DNA of 63,223 bases, the filler included, from Phoronis australis (taxonomy: Eukaryota; Animalia; Phoronida): NCBI GenBank assembly GCA_002633005.1. It is 8 parts of 8 records of this genome, joined end to end, with 100 filler letters (N's around TTAATTAATTAA, not from the genome) between each part and the next. Parts side by side here need not be neighbours in the genome. Positions count along the whole stretch, not along the records: positions 1 to 13,618 come from NMRA01001479.1; positions 13,719 to 21,000 come from NMRA01000853.1; positions 21,101 to 39,623 come from NMRA01000366.1; 5 more parts are not named here. One strand, written 5' to 3'. Within the stretch, counting starts at the first letter, position 1. The number at the start of each line of letters is the position of its first letter. Both the position numbers and the translations under genes were made by a program. Under the pieces are notes generated by a model. It saw only the letters and a list, made by a program, of their open reading frames with translations, was not told the DNA's origin and made no database searches. Of this stretch, positions 12,948 through 25,840 are shown one piece after another.

Positions 12948-13618
12948 TTTTTATGCGCCCACATATTTATATGTGGACAGATTATGCCGTCATCTCCGTT
13001 CTTCCGTCCGTCCGTCCATCCGTCCGTTCGTCTGTCCCGGTGGCGTCCGTCCGGCGTCCGACGTCCGCTGCTCTATCTCCAAAACCATTTGACAAACGTT
13101 AATGAAATTTGGCACTTATGTTCCATTTATGAATGGGACGGCATGAATGAACTTTCGGACGGATACGACAACCGGTGTGTCACTTAGTGGCAATTTTAAT
13201 ATTTTACGCTTGCTTTAGTATCTTCAAAAGTCCTGAACGGATTTTCATGAAATTCGGAATGTAGGCACCTATTAGTGAGATGACGCTATCCTCCAGTTTT
13301 CGGATGGATTTGACTTATTTTGCTCCACCTAGTGGCCATTTTTACTGTTTTTTTTTGCGTCTACCCCTCTATCAACCAAACCGCTCAAAGGATGATTGTG
13401 AAAATTGGCATGTATGTGCTTAAAATAAAGAGGACAGTTGACGATGATTTTCCGACGTTTTTGACTACTGTGGCGCCTCCTAGTGGCAGTTTTTTTGCGC
13501 CTATGGCTGTATCTCCAAAACCGTTTGCAGGATCTTAACTAAATTTAGTAAGTATATTTATATGGTGTTAACAACGGACGACGACGTATTTTGGACTGAT
13601 CCGACTACCGGTGTGCCC
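12948..13618 (+). mobile_element. Helentron-associated non-autonomous element (HINE/DINE-1-like), 5' part
   Basis: Starts at a T-run (TTTTTATGCGCCCACATATTTATATGTGG), followed by a (GTCC)n microsatellite and internal tandem units with TGAAATTTGG and CCTAGTGGC. Second copy at 29525-30013. Confidence 0.8.
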
Positions 13619-13718
13619 NNNNNNNNNNNNNNNNNNNNNNNNNNNNNNNNNNNNNNNNNNNNTTAATTAATTAANNNNNNNNNNNNNNNNNNNNNNNNNN
13701 NNNNNNNNNNNNNNNNNN
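13619..13718. other. Artificial scaffold linker (44N-TTAATTAATTAA-44N); also at 21001-21100, 39624-39723, 44321-44420, 54002-54101, 57949-58048 and 61730-61829
   Basis: Seven identical 100-nt spacers whose core places stops in all six frames. Confidence 0.98.
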
Positions 13719-13917
13719 AACTCTTTGGCGCCTTAACTTGTTCTCTAATGTAATTTTCTACGTCTCTGTGGTTAATTGTCGACACATCATTAAAATTTAA
13801 TATCCAGGTTGGACTCGAAAGACCGGCTATTTAACTCACGCAATGTCTACTTTCGCTTTGTTTATCGCAGTGAGCCTCGCTTTGGATTTTAATGTCCGCC
13901 ACGTGAATAGGGTCTAT
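13719..13917 (-). repeat. Terminus of a dispersed repeat family (..GTGAATAGGGTCTA); inverted copy at 41730-41927
   Basis: About 200 bp of clear reverse-complement similarity between two scaffolds. Confidence 0.85.
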
Positions 13918-14019
13918 GCCGATAAGCCAACAGAGCTATCGTAGCGAGCCTCGTTTTGGAACTGGCCTCATATCGTCGTGAATGATTAGGTCTATACTAA
14001 CCCTGGGTTCCTGAATGAA

Positions 14020-14085
14020 TTGTACTTCCGGGTTCGAGGTTAGTTCAAAATGGCGGTGTGATCTTCCGGTCGGAATCGTGAGTGA
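14020..14085 (+). promoter_or_regulatory. Housekeeping-type promoter/TSS-like motif cluster
   Basis: Two ETS-like CTTCCGG motifs flank a YY1-like CAAAATGGCGG, followed by a GTGAGT donor at about 14078. CpG-rich. Confidence 0.4.
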
Positions 14086-16539
14086 CGCGTTTATTTAAAC
14101 TTTCTTCGACTACGGCTTGTGTATTGGTTATGGGATAAGTACTGCGTGGTTCCTTATAATGTCTTCTGACCGTTTAATAAGGGTTTAAACGTGTGCTTCT
14201 TCTAGGAGTTTAATAAAGTGTTATTTACATGTTTATTTTCGCTTTTAATAATAGATTATGCGCTGAGATCACCATCGTTTGCCATTTTTTGTCGTTATGA
14301 AACTGGACATCTGTTTATTTCCGGGAATAGCAGTGCCGGTACTCGTTCTAAACAACTAGGGGCTGCTGGTACGCGATCATCTGATAGTTAAGTGTTGGGT
14401 TTTTACGTGACCGTCTGTGCTCCTTCTGCTCTTGAACATGTGGTAGTTGTCTAAGCCCCTGTATACACAGTACACGTTTTCCTATGCGACTTTTCGTATG
14501 CTAAAAATCGGTATGTAGACAGATGTTCCACTTAAAATTTTGCTGGTGGCGTGACTCATTCACAGATGGTTTTACAAAACCTATGAGCTGAGTTGATGAG
14601 ACGAAATCGAGAAGCGATTTATCATCTTTTAAGATGATAAATCGCTTCTCGAAAAACCCGAGATACACGTTAACTGCCACAAACGCATGGAAATTGCTCT
14701 ATTTGGCAACAAAAGCAAACATTTCTCTTACACGGGAGGGAGAAAGCTCCTCTCAACCTCCGCCTTCTAGGAGCTACGCGCCTCGGATTCCCACTGCGCG
14801 AATCATGAACCTCCCCCCGTTACTGACAAACGTAGATCCGCCACTGTTCATTCATTATAAATTTGGCGCGAAATATCAAGGTTAGGTGTTTTCTTTAATC
14901 ACTAAAATGACATAGCCGACTTGGTTGAAGATGTACCAAACCAAAAAAAAAAATAAATTGAGATTCCAAAGCACTCGACACGTTTTTACATGTACGTTAT
15001 AACAAGAGATATTTTTGTATAGTCCGCAGTCCTGATATTGATCATGGAGTTTTGAAAAACATTAGAGTCATCCAGAAATGAGGATGTCTTTCTGTTTTCA
15101 AATCATGGCACACCAAAACCATAGGACGTTGTTTTCTGCTAGTACGGCACATTCATAAGTTAAGGACAAAAAGAGCCCTGTACACCAGTAATGTCCGTAG
15201 CCCCCTCATGACACTGCTAAACAGACACATAACATGGGATTGAAACAAGAATGTTTTGACACAAATTGCTCCACATAATCGGGTTTGAATAAATTTACAT
15301 ATTTAATGCTTTGCAACAAAACATTATTTTCATAAGTCGTCTAATGGAACATAATATATACGCGAGCGTGATGAATCACACGTTCGTGCTCGCGTTTAAG
15401 GGGGTAGCCGAAAACTCTCTTCTTATTTTCTCAATCACCTGCGCTGCATTCAGTTACGATACGGGTCGATGGTGCAAGGTTTTATGAAAACTGCCGTCAC
15501 TGTTCAGTGAAGTTAGAATATTCTACTGTGTAAGATGAAGAACGTCGTTGCATTTGCTTTGATCGCCATAGTGGAGCTACAGGTGGGAAAAGTGATTTTA
15601 AAACGACATTATCGGTTTTACCGTCAAAAATGAATTTTGTGGATTATTGTTGGATGGAATAGACTTCTTGCAGTTCCTTTTCTTTCACCAGAGCTGCAAA
15701 ACAACAAAATCTCTGTATTTTGATGACTTTATAACAAATTGCCAATTATCACCATTGTCTGCTAAAGATTTGTTGATATCAAGGCTGTTGCTTTTACCCT
15801 AAAAATAACTTTAAAATAAAGTTCAACTTAACGCATGGATTATGTCTCAGCGTTAGAGCGTCCTGTTGTTACTCATTCGAATTTTTGTAAACTTGCTTAT
15901 CTCGCTGAGAATCTCCCTCAAAGGCTCGTTTCCTTCTTCCTTGCGAACTCAACATAGAAGTCATGAAATAAGTTGATAAGCTTCAGTAAATTGGCCTCAA
16001 ATGTTTTTTCTTTCATTAAGATGATAGCAATTGTTTTCTGTTGTCAAACAGAATTCAGAGATGATGAGAAATGACCATCTTCCTCTGTCGAAATTGATGA
16101 CATGCTGACACATTTTTTTATTTGCTGAAGCCCTGAATAATCAGTTTGTCGACGAACTCACATTCGTGATTCTGCTTGGTCTTGCTTTTTGAACTTCTTG
16201 GATGAACGGATTTTATTGAGCCATACCTTCTGCTAAAACTTTTAAAGGAGAGCTCACGGTTCGGAGATTTCAATTTAGTACTTACTTATAGACACAATGT
16301 AGTCTTCTTTCGTACATTGTTTTTGGGAGGCCAAGAAAAATTGAGAGGTGTGTATTGTTTTACCGGAAGTGTAGATAGCCTAAGGTGATTGTGATGTGTT
16401 GTCCCTAGCGGGGCGTCTTTTTCGTTTAAGTAATTTGTAGTTTGCTTTTCTGCTCCACAGAGTACGTAAGCCGTGTTAGATGTTATTTCATCACTGTCCG
16501 CGTGGCAGTATTTTAGCGTGTTCGACTCGACATTTATGG

Positions 16540-17250
16540 AGAATCCTACATGAGTCTCAGGTTTATGACATGGGCAAAGCCTCTTGGAAATTTCGCCAAA
16601 ATCCCGAGGCTTGCCGGTGGATTTTGACGAAATTTCCAAGAGATTTTGCCCATGTCATGAATCTGAGACGAGTGTACATAAGATTTGTTTTCTCACATGA
16701 ACCGTAAAAACGATCTTTTATGCCGAAAAACTCGACGTGTCTAAAACTTTTGTAAAAACACGCTTACGCATTGTAACGTAATTCAGTTACTTTTTGTTGA
16801 TAGATTTATTTCAAGCTGAACAATTGTAAATTGCATTCAGCTTTCGTAGCAAATAATCAAGTTAAAATCTAACAAATAGTTTTTGAAGTTGTAATATTAA
16901 AATTTAACTTTACATATAACAGTCACAAGGCTTCCCCACGCGTGGGCACTGAATTGACCTTGAGACAGCACAGCTAGACAGTCTCGCCGCGTTTCTTGAG
17001 TTCGGGGCTCGTCTCCGTTTGAATGAACGTGGATATGGAATTCGCCGCGGAAGATGGGTTGTTTGCATGTCCTTCCCGGTGAGAGTACGTACAGTTGGGA
17101 CACTCGATTTGTCAATCATAACAATGTCACCTTCTCGAAATTCCGGCATTGTTTGGTTGGCGCGCGTTTAGTTGTTTTAGTGTTTTGTATACCATAAAAT
17201 GTAAGGCGTATGGATTTCTACTGTGCACTTGTTTGTGATTCGCCCATGTA
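16540..17250 (+). repeat. Dispersed repeat family with a long hairpin at 16551-16669; copies at 59040-59670 and a fragment at 61655-61705
   Basis: AACTCGACGTGTCTAAAACTTTTGTAAAAACACGCTT and GAACGTGGATATGGAATTCGCCGC are shared. Hairpin arms TCTCAGGTTTATGACATGGGCAAA / TTTGCCCATGTCATGAATCTGAGA. Confidence 0.88.
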
Positions 17251-20200
17251 ATATCAAAAAATCACGTACTCGGTGTTATTAACCAGTCGTGTCGTAACCA
17301 TTCCAGGTCATGTGAGAAAAGATGTTTTTGCATGTTCCTAGCGTACCTCGATGGGCGTACCCGGTCTCGGTCGATACGCGGAATAATGCCGAGTGGGATA
17401 TTATTTCATGTACGGCACGACGGGTACGTGTTGTGTATTTCTTTGGCAGATTTTTTTAAGTACTTCACTCAGACTGTTCACGTGGCGTATTACATCCTAT
17501 ATGGATGTACTTGTACGTTGGGTTGTAAGTTCTCTCTAGTAACAGTTTTAAATGTAACGATTTATCACTTGAAAAAGAGATAACAGAGACGAAAACAACG
17601 GTAACTGTTCATTGAACTTGTAACATCTCCTGAAAAGTGTAAAATAACAAGAATATTATTTGATATTGTAGTTACCGAGGAATCGGCGCCTGAGTTGCAG
17701 ACCATATAGTATTTAGCGATTGAATAATGAGACAGAACTGTCATATAATTAACAGTCCTGTTCCAGATGTTACAATCGGGACCTGATTGCATGTTGAGCG
17801 TTATTTACACTGCTGCAATTGTATTACTTTAAACTATTTTCGGAAAGTTTGATGATCGAACCGGCTAACGACGTAGAGTTCACATTGACCTACCTTCTGA
17901 ACTTAACATGTCAGAGGTCACTGTTGAAGTAGTTGGTGGAGGTCAATACGAAATTAAATTTAGTACGTTTCTCTACGCGACTCCTGATTGGTCGCCCATA
18001 TTTCCTTTGTTATGTTCAACGTGGTCTCTCATTCAGCCACCTACCTCGTCGTCTACAAGACCTACGTTCGTTCTCTTCATTTTTTCCCCACCCCCCATCC
18101 CGGGTGGCGGTTCCACTTTCTCTTTGCTGGTATATACTTCCTGTTAGGTTTTTTCAGGTTTTGTGTTCATGTTCTGTACTTTTCCTTTAAGCCCTTCAGG
18201 CAGTTCTTTTGTTTTGTTCCCTCTTGCAGGGCTATTCATTGTACACGCCGGTGGGCGTTTTCTGCTTGCCCATCTTGCAGAGTCTTAGTTAGTTTTATCT
18301 ATTACGTCATAATAAATGACAAATATTCCCAATCCTCCTCTTGTTTTACTCTGCAACATAGCTCGTGGCGTACCCCGGGCAAAATAGATTACGATAAATA
18401 CATTTACCGTACTTCCGATGACGTCATAGTTAAGTCTAACAGAATCTTGCGTTATTGTTATTAACTTGCAAAATGATTATGTATGAATGTATTTTCAACT
18501 TGATAAATATAAGTTATCCCACGTACATAAGAATACTACTGCCATACCCTATTGAGATAGGTTATAGTAGTATTCCTATGTATGTGGCATAACCCGGTTA
18601 TTCCATATGTATGAACTCATTTGCATCGCGGTAATATTTTCTGCCATCTGATTTGGCTTGTTGTTATGTAGCGTCATATATATGCCAAGCCTACCCGCGC
18701 GGGTTAAGCATTTGTTTACAGTTTGAAATCACCTGCCAACCGTCAATTTCTCTGCCAGTGCCACAATACAGCAGCTATTATCTGGCAAGTGCTAACATAC
18801 TGGAAAATGTAGTGAAGCATTGCTCATGAAATCACTCAGCAAAGTGGAGCACCTTGTCATGTTTCACCCGACCCCGTGGATGGGTGAGTGCAGGTCGCCT
18901 CTGACCGATGTTAATAGCTTTCGGTACAACGATAGACTGAATACTGGCTCGAGTTAATCAATTTATTAAGGTTATCTCAAATCTTATTTAGAGGCCTCCA
19001 TTCTAACTCGTATTATAAAAACCAGGCTTTGTCAACAACTAAAAGTATATATTTTCGGAAAAAAGGTCAGGGAATATAAAAATATGTTTTATATTTATGT
19101 TTCATTACGTTAACACCTTCTTTAAGTCAAAACTCCATGTTTAAGAAAGATACATTCATAGCAAAATATACCCTTGGTCGGTTTTGTTAAATGAAAACTT
19201 CATCACTTACCTCAAAAAGTCTGTTAGGAATTTTCGATTAGCCTTTTGGTTTGTTTTCTATGATGAAATCAACTCGCAAAACGTAAGGTATTTTTTGTAA
19301 AAGTTGTATTCGTCTATGTTACATTACGTATTAGTGTGGGCGACAGAATAACGCGTCAGCTTTGTTTAAATCGATTTAATCTTGAAGAGACGGTTATCTA
19401 CAAACTATAGATAAAGTATGTCAGAAAACGGAACCAAACAATCTTCTCAAAACGTTAGGGTTACCCAATAGTCAATGTGACTGGCACACGAGACACGAAC
19501 CCGCATTAGATGAAACTACCACAAAGCAGCCGTTACAGTTCAACATGAATAGACTAAACGTAAAGCCTTAACTGAATTTCATGTACTTACTGGAGTTTTC
19601 GGCGTGGCCCAGCTAATAATCTCTCTACAGTCCATCGCAACGTGTTGGAAACCAATATTGGAGAAGAACGCTGTAAAATGACTCCACAAGCTAAAAACCA
19701 ACGGTACTCTGATTGGTTAGATCACAATGGCAACACACAGTTAGCCAATAAACCATTGCCTAAGAGCGGAGGTAGACCACAGTTACGATGCACTCTGGAA
19801 ACGCCTCGATATGTACATACAACGCCTCTAGTGGACATACAGTTCCTAAACAAAAGACTAATGCTCCTGCATTAACATTACGCAAAAAATAGGTCTTTAT
19901 ATCGAAAGTCTTAAAAGCGGTTTTGAGATCGATGATTAAATCTTAAGTTTGGAAAGTTTCAGCGAAATACACAAAGCCGTTTTTGAGAACCCGTGTTCCT
20001 AAAATCAAATTAAGTCGATTTACCGCAGCGGAGAAAAAGCCGATTGTGAGGCGGGACGTGAAAATCTCAAGGATTTCGGTTAATTATTAGGTGAAAACTT
20101 GTTTTTGGTCAATATTACCTATACGCCCCTTAGCCACGTTCATCATTTCAACATTCATGCGCAATGTCAGCTGAATTTGCAGTGCGTAATTAACTTAATT

Positions 20201-20469
20201 ATCACAAAAACGTTTAATTTATACCCAGTCGATCTGGTCACGCGCGGAGCCAGCATATTAAGTGGGTCAAGGTGGTAAATTGTGGTCCACTTTTAAGTAG
20301 CTCAACAGTTCATTGTTAGACGCACTGCACACTGGGAGACTCCTATGAAAACCAAGTACGAAATGGATACAGGAATCGGGTCGGTGGTTAAAGCACCTCG
20401 TGAGGATAAGATCGAAACAGCGAAATGTCAAATTACCCGAATTAAGGAATTTGGGTGAGGTTTATCTCT

Positions 20470-21000
20470 TTTCACAAAAAATCTCAACCACGGGTTTGCC
20501 ATCAAAAATTTGAGCTAGACTAGATTTTCGAAGTACGGGCCAAAACTGATCTGAAACAAACAATAGTACCACACTGAACTCCAAATGACCCATGACAGAC
20601 AAATTGCACTCTGGAATGGGTCCAGCAGAAACCAAAAAATGATCCTCCCACCAAAAAAATGAGCTAGCTTATACATTTGAGGCAACTCACAAAAACAATT
20701 CCACGAGGTTCAATACATGTCACAGGTCACTAAATGCCCTATGACAGACAAAATACACTCTGGATTGTGCCTGGAAGAAACCCTCAAAAATCTCAACCAC
20801 AATATACGCTATCAAAACTTTGAGGTACATTTTATACCCGAGGTACGGGCAAAAACTGACTTAAAACCAATAATCCACCAGATGACCCATGACAGACAAC
20901 AAATTGTGCTCTGGAAGGCGTTCACCAGAAACTCAATTACACCGTAAAAGAAGCTAGGTCATCATTCGGGGTACCACAATAAACAATTCCATGTGATTCA
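20470..21000 (+). repeat. Diverged tandem repeat, ~150-bp monomer with an apparent ~305-bp dimer, cut by the scaffold end
   Basis: ATG(A)CCC(T)ATGACAGACAA..CTCTGGA recurs at about 20585, 20734 and 20882; AAAAATCTCAACCAC recurs at about 20477 and 20786. Confidence 0.75.
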
Positions 21001-22758
21001 NNNNNNNNNNNNNNNNNNNNNNNNNNNNNNNNNNNNNNNNNNNNTTAATTAATTAANNNNNNNNNNNNNNNNNNNNNNNNNNNNNNNNNNNNNNNNNNNN
21101 TTCAATTTAGCCGGTGGAGCGTGAGACCCCTGAGGTCCCAATCGAGTCCTCACGACAACTTCGCGTTATGCGGCCAAAAAATGCAGTTTGGGGTTAACTG
21201 TTGGTTGGGACATGCTTCTTTAAGGTTTTAACTTTGACCACGGCTATAAAACAACATCCGTTGCTTTTGATTTTGTTACAAATCGCCAAATCTCGCAGTT
21301 TTCTGCTAGCCATTCTTTAAAATAAAGGCCAGCGTTTTTAAAAAATACATTTTAAAAATACTATGCTGCTATGCTATGTACTGCTTTGGGACCTGGCGCA
21401 ACAGCTATTAAAGCCGAGTTCATGGTTTCTATTGGGCGCTACTGCTGATTTAAGTCAAATTATTTTCTCGCTGAGCTACAAGAGGCGGTTGGGGTTGAAG
21501 ACATCCACACTTGACATATTATTAGCATTCCTTCTGTTTATACGTAACACGAGACTTATAATGATACCGATTGTAGAAAACGATCAATTTGTCTGGGACA
21601 ATGGCTTTGTGATTTAGTTATTTTTTACTGCTCCTTTGAATACTTTTTCCTCACTTTATGACAACAATAAATAACATCCTTACTCCAAACAGTATTATGG
21701 TGTTATAAGAAACTTACCAAAACTGTCCAAAAAAACATGATTTGTCGCTCAAGACGGCTCGAACACTGAGACAATTTGTTGTTTCTCAAACTATTTATAA
21801 TGATCAGAAAAAAGTCGACGTGACTGGATGAACGTTTTCAATTTTACGCTAACTAAATGAGGTAGGTTAAGTTTTTCATTTTGGGATTGGTTTAGGTCAA
21901 TTCCGCGAATAGTTTCATTCACATATCTTAAATGTCCCGGATTATCAAACAGCAGGTGTTCCAGTAGTATCTCTGTCACGTGTAAGATTTACGTTAGTTA
22001 CGTGTGAGCGAAGAAACACCCACTGCTCAGTTTACAGTGACACTGTTATGTATGGGTCATTTCACTACGCTTGAGCGTTTTTGCCTTCACGAACTTGGAT
22101 GAGGTCAAGAACGGTACGGCAATTGCCGATTTGTCACGGAGTGGCACGACATCGATAACTCCTCGCTTAGCCAAACACTTTAGTAACCTTCTGTGATGAA
22201 CCGGCAATTGCCGTCTATCAGTAACGGATAATTCCGTACCGTCCTCTTACCTTCAACGAACCGTCAAGGGAGGACTGATGCGTGAGCTTTTTTAGAACAT
22301 TTTTGTGCTTTGACCGCGAATTTGTTGCGATCTCGCTGGAGCAGGACACCGTGAATGGTATTAAAAGAAAGAACAATTGCTAATAGTTGGCTGAAACCCT
22401 GTTTTGTGTAAATTAATTGAGTTTTGTGTTTGATATGGACGGCTGAAGTGAATCACCTGTGGAATTCCTTGTCCCGAGTGTCACACCTTGTAATATTGTT
22501 CTGGGGACGATCAGAAACTGAGGCCGCCTGTGGGTGAGACAGGAATGGAACTCTGTAATCGCAAGAATCTAACGAAGGACGCTGATGTGATCGTGTGCTT
22601 CATTTGTAGTACCATCATCGACAATATCTCGCAAAATCTTGCGTTTAGCTAGGTTCTCGCGTCAACGAATCGTACGCCAAATATACAGTTGGTATTTTAA
22701 AAAAAGAGGCGTGGAACCTTTTAAACAAATCGTGTTCTTCGGGATGCTAACGTAAGAG

Positions 22759-23266
22759 TAGACAGTGGCCACTGTCTCTACTAGTGTGGCTCGCAGTAGA
22801 GACAGTGAAGCTCTTTTAGGCACTTCATACGCCGGAAGATTTTCGGCGAATTATGGCTCGCACCTTGGAACTGACTTAAACATAAATGCTACCTTGTTAT
22901 AAACACCTTTTGCGCATAGAGGTACTCCTTAGGAGGCTGTCGATGTATTTAATTCCTTCCAACTCGAACAAATACTCTCGTTATCAAATTTTTTTCTCGA
23001 GCAGTCCCTCGTTTCGTGTCCAAAATCGGTAACTCACCATTTTGAACTTTGCGCGCGCCAGGTGGTATGACGTCCCCTCGAATTGCATACTTGGAATGGA
23101 TGACCTCCTAAGGTGTCCCTTTGTGAGCAAAAGGTATTTATAACAATGTGACTTTGATGTTTTAGTCAGTGCAAGACAATTCGCCGAAAAGCTTCCGGCG
23201 TATAAAGCGCCTATAGGAGCTCCACCGTCCTACTGTCGGGGCCAGTAGGACGATGGTCACTGTCTA
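22759..23266. mobile_element. MULE/Mutator-like MITE
   Basis: About 180-bp diverged TIRs (TAGACAGTG...CACTGTCTA) flanked by a 9-bp direct repeat with one mismatch (ACGTAAGAG / AGGTAAGAG). Confidence 0.75.
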
Positions 23267-24365
23267 AGGTAAGAGCTGTTCAGTTAGAATATTACACTGT
23301 AATTTTTCTATAAATTCCGAGAATTTATAGAAAAATCGTCAGATTCGTTATTCTCGAAACACAGACGAAATGCAAGCTCTTTCATTCTCATTCAATTTTC
23401 AAATTCTCCACTTCTAAGAATATATATGCGCGCATCCACTCAAAGAAGTCGAACTGTTCGCTGCTTGAAGTCACCATTGTTTTGTTCACATCAAATGCCA
23501 AAGATCACATGTTCCGTATTATGGAAATGTTCCGTGTTTATGTATTGTCACGCCAAATAAGTAGACGTGCTTTGCTGTGTGGGAGGATTGTCGACAAAGT
23601 GACCAGCAGCTTGCAGATCGAATTTTTTCAAAATTTGGAACTAAAAATGAAAATATGTTTTAACATGAACAGAAATTCAAAATCTTTGTGAACAAACTGT
23701 AAATGTGCCTGGCAAATAGTTTGACTTCTGTCTGAGTGGCAGAGAGCCACTTTGAATAATGCAATTTATTCTGTTTCACGTTCTATGCCACTTTAAAACA
23801 AAAGCCACAGTCAAAGAAACCAAATCCATTGGTAAGAAAAACATTATGTAAAGTGCAATACTGTGGCTCATTCAGGTTTAAATGAATCAATGTCTCAGTC
23901 ACTTATGTTTTCATATAATGACTTTATTCCGATGGTTTACATAGTGATTATTGACAACGTTATACCTTCAACAATATCATTAGTTGCTCCGGAGCTACGT
24001 GTTGAAGAAGGTCAAGTTCTTTGTCATTGTTGCATCCTATCTATTAGCGCCTGTGCTCCAGTCTTATTCTTTTTAAACTGGTATAGAGTCGCAAACTAAA
24101 TAATTCACTTTTTGCTCTTCATTTTGAAACCTTCCATATAAAATCCTTCAGAACTCTTTTGCACAGTATAATACCTGCCACGAAAGAGTATCCCGTCTTT
24201 TCCCACTTCAGCACAGTCAACACTGGAAAGATAAACATTGTGTACAAATTACGCCAAGTGGATTTCACATATGAAGAGTGTGGTTTCACTCAAAATGGGC
24301 TGTTAATTAAACAACAATGCTAACGGTGATAATGGATGATGAGTTTAAGTAGAGACTCGTTCCAT

Positions 24366-25085
24366 AAGGATTGTTCTAAGCCTCCCGCGAACCCCACGCC
24401 CGACCACCCCTACGACCCACAGCACCTTCGACCTGCGGCAATAGAGGCGTCTTTGCGCTTTTTACAAATTATATGATCTTATTAAGTCGCTGGATGATTT
24501 TCTCACAAGACTTAACTACACGAATCTGCTTTGTCTCAAAGCTGGTAGTTAAAAACGACAAGTGGCGTAAGAACGAAATTTGAAATGGCGGATTGTGAGT
24601 GTACTATCGTTGTCACGGAAATAGTTCCAGGAGTGGCTATCAATGTCTTTTTTCAAACTTAGGGAGAGAGTACGTTACTTACACATAATTTCACACTTTT
24701 GTTATTTGCTTTCTGTTTGGCACCCTTGGTCTCTCCGCCCTCCTTTAGTCCTCCACTGCTTAATACCAGCCAGACCCAGCGAAACCGAAGGTGAGTCGAT
24801 AACCCCCTGGCTTCNGCTATCAATGTCTTTTTTCAAACTTAGGGAGAGAGTACGTTACTTACACATAATTTCACACTTTTGTTATTTGCTTTCTGTTTGG
24901 CACCCTTGGTCTCTCCGCCCTCCTTTAGTCCTCCACTGCTTAATACCAGCCAGACCCAGCGAAACCGAAGGTGAGTCGATAACCCCCTGGCTTCGGGTAT
25001 TGTAGGAGGTGGGTTGAGAGGGTCATCGGGGCTGTGGGTCGTGGGTAGAGGGTGTGGGGGTCGAGGAGATTTTAGAACAATCCTT
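24366..25085. mobile_element. TIR non-autonomous element (MITE), family unassigned
   Basis: AAGGATTGTTCTAA / TTAGAACAATCCTT termini plus about 60 bp of diverged C-rich/G-rich inverted arms. No clear TSD. Confidence 0.65.
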
Positions 25086-25458
25086 TCGTAACGCCGGGAA
25101 AACGTTTGCTGCGATAAATCTTCATGGCAGCTGAAACGGAAATGGCACTTGACTGCTCTCTCATAGTATTATCTCTGCTCGCAGCACTGTGCCGCTAACT
25201 TACATTTTCTTACATAACTCAATATTCCAGACTCATCGATCAATTTCAGGCGGCCCTTTGGCGAGTGTACGCTAAAGTAAAATCCCAAGTTTACTCGCGA
25301 AGCGCATTTCTGGTGTTGTTGCGTGGTCTCAGTCGCCAAACTCGCAAGAAACTCCCGTTACGGAACTCGCCTCTCTGCAGCGCTGTGCCGAGAACTCTGG
25401 TCTCGTGAAAAAAAGTTATTTGGTACAGCAATCTCGGCTAATAACGTTCACCTACACC

Positions 25459-25459
<1 letters not shown>

Positions 25460-25511
<52 letters not shown>
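25460..25511 (+). repeat. (CA)n microsatellite
   Basis: Direct reading. Confidence 0.98.
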
Positions 25512-25512
<1 letters not shown>

Positions 25513-25840
25513 AGGTCCGTTGCCAGAGCATTGCGCAGGGGGTGGTTCGAATTTCTTGAACGGTGGACCTTGGACCTTTGATATTTTACAAACGTCCGTC
25601 GACACTGTGGAGTTTTCATTAAGGCCCCCAGTTGACGCAGCTTAATCAGGGGGAAGGGAAATTTGTATACACAACGATGACTCTCAGCTCTATGTTTTTG
25701 AGATGAGACGGAATTAATAATATTAGAGATGAGGATACCGTGACGTTTGCTAGCAACGAGCGGGACTCAATTCGGATGTGATGTAGTCCAAAAAGTTCTT
25801 GGGTTACTTCCTTTCAATTTTTCAAACCAGGCATGCTTAA

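Noticed and set aside
12825-13187. Similar ORFs at 12825-13187 and 29518-29754 suggesting a gene family
   Set aside because: Translations of the HINE-like repeat and its (GTCC)n microsatellite.
17619-18358. Candidate solo LTRs (TGTAACATCT..AGATGTTACA at 17619-17774; TGTTG..CAACA at about 17922-18358)
   Set aside because: No TSD and no adjacent PBS/PPT or second copy; not supportable.
24636-24994. 180-bp tandem duplication and the 120-aa ORF
   Set aside because: Identical copies either side of a single N (24815); assembly artefact.
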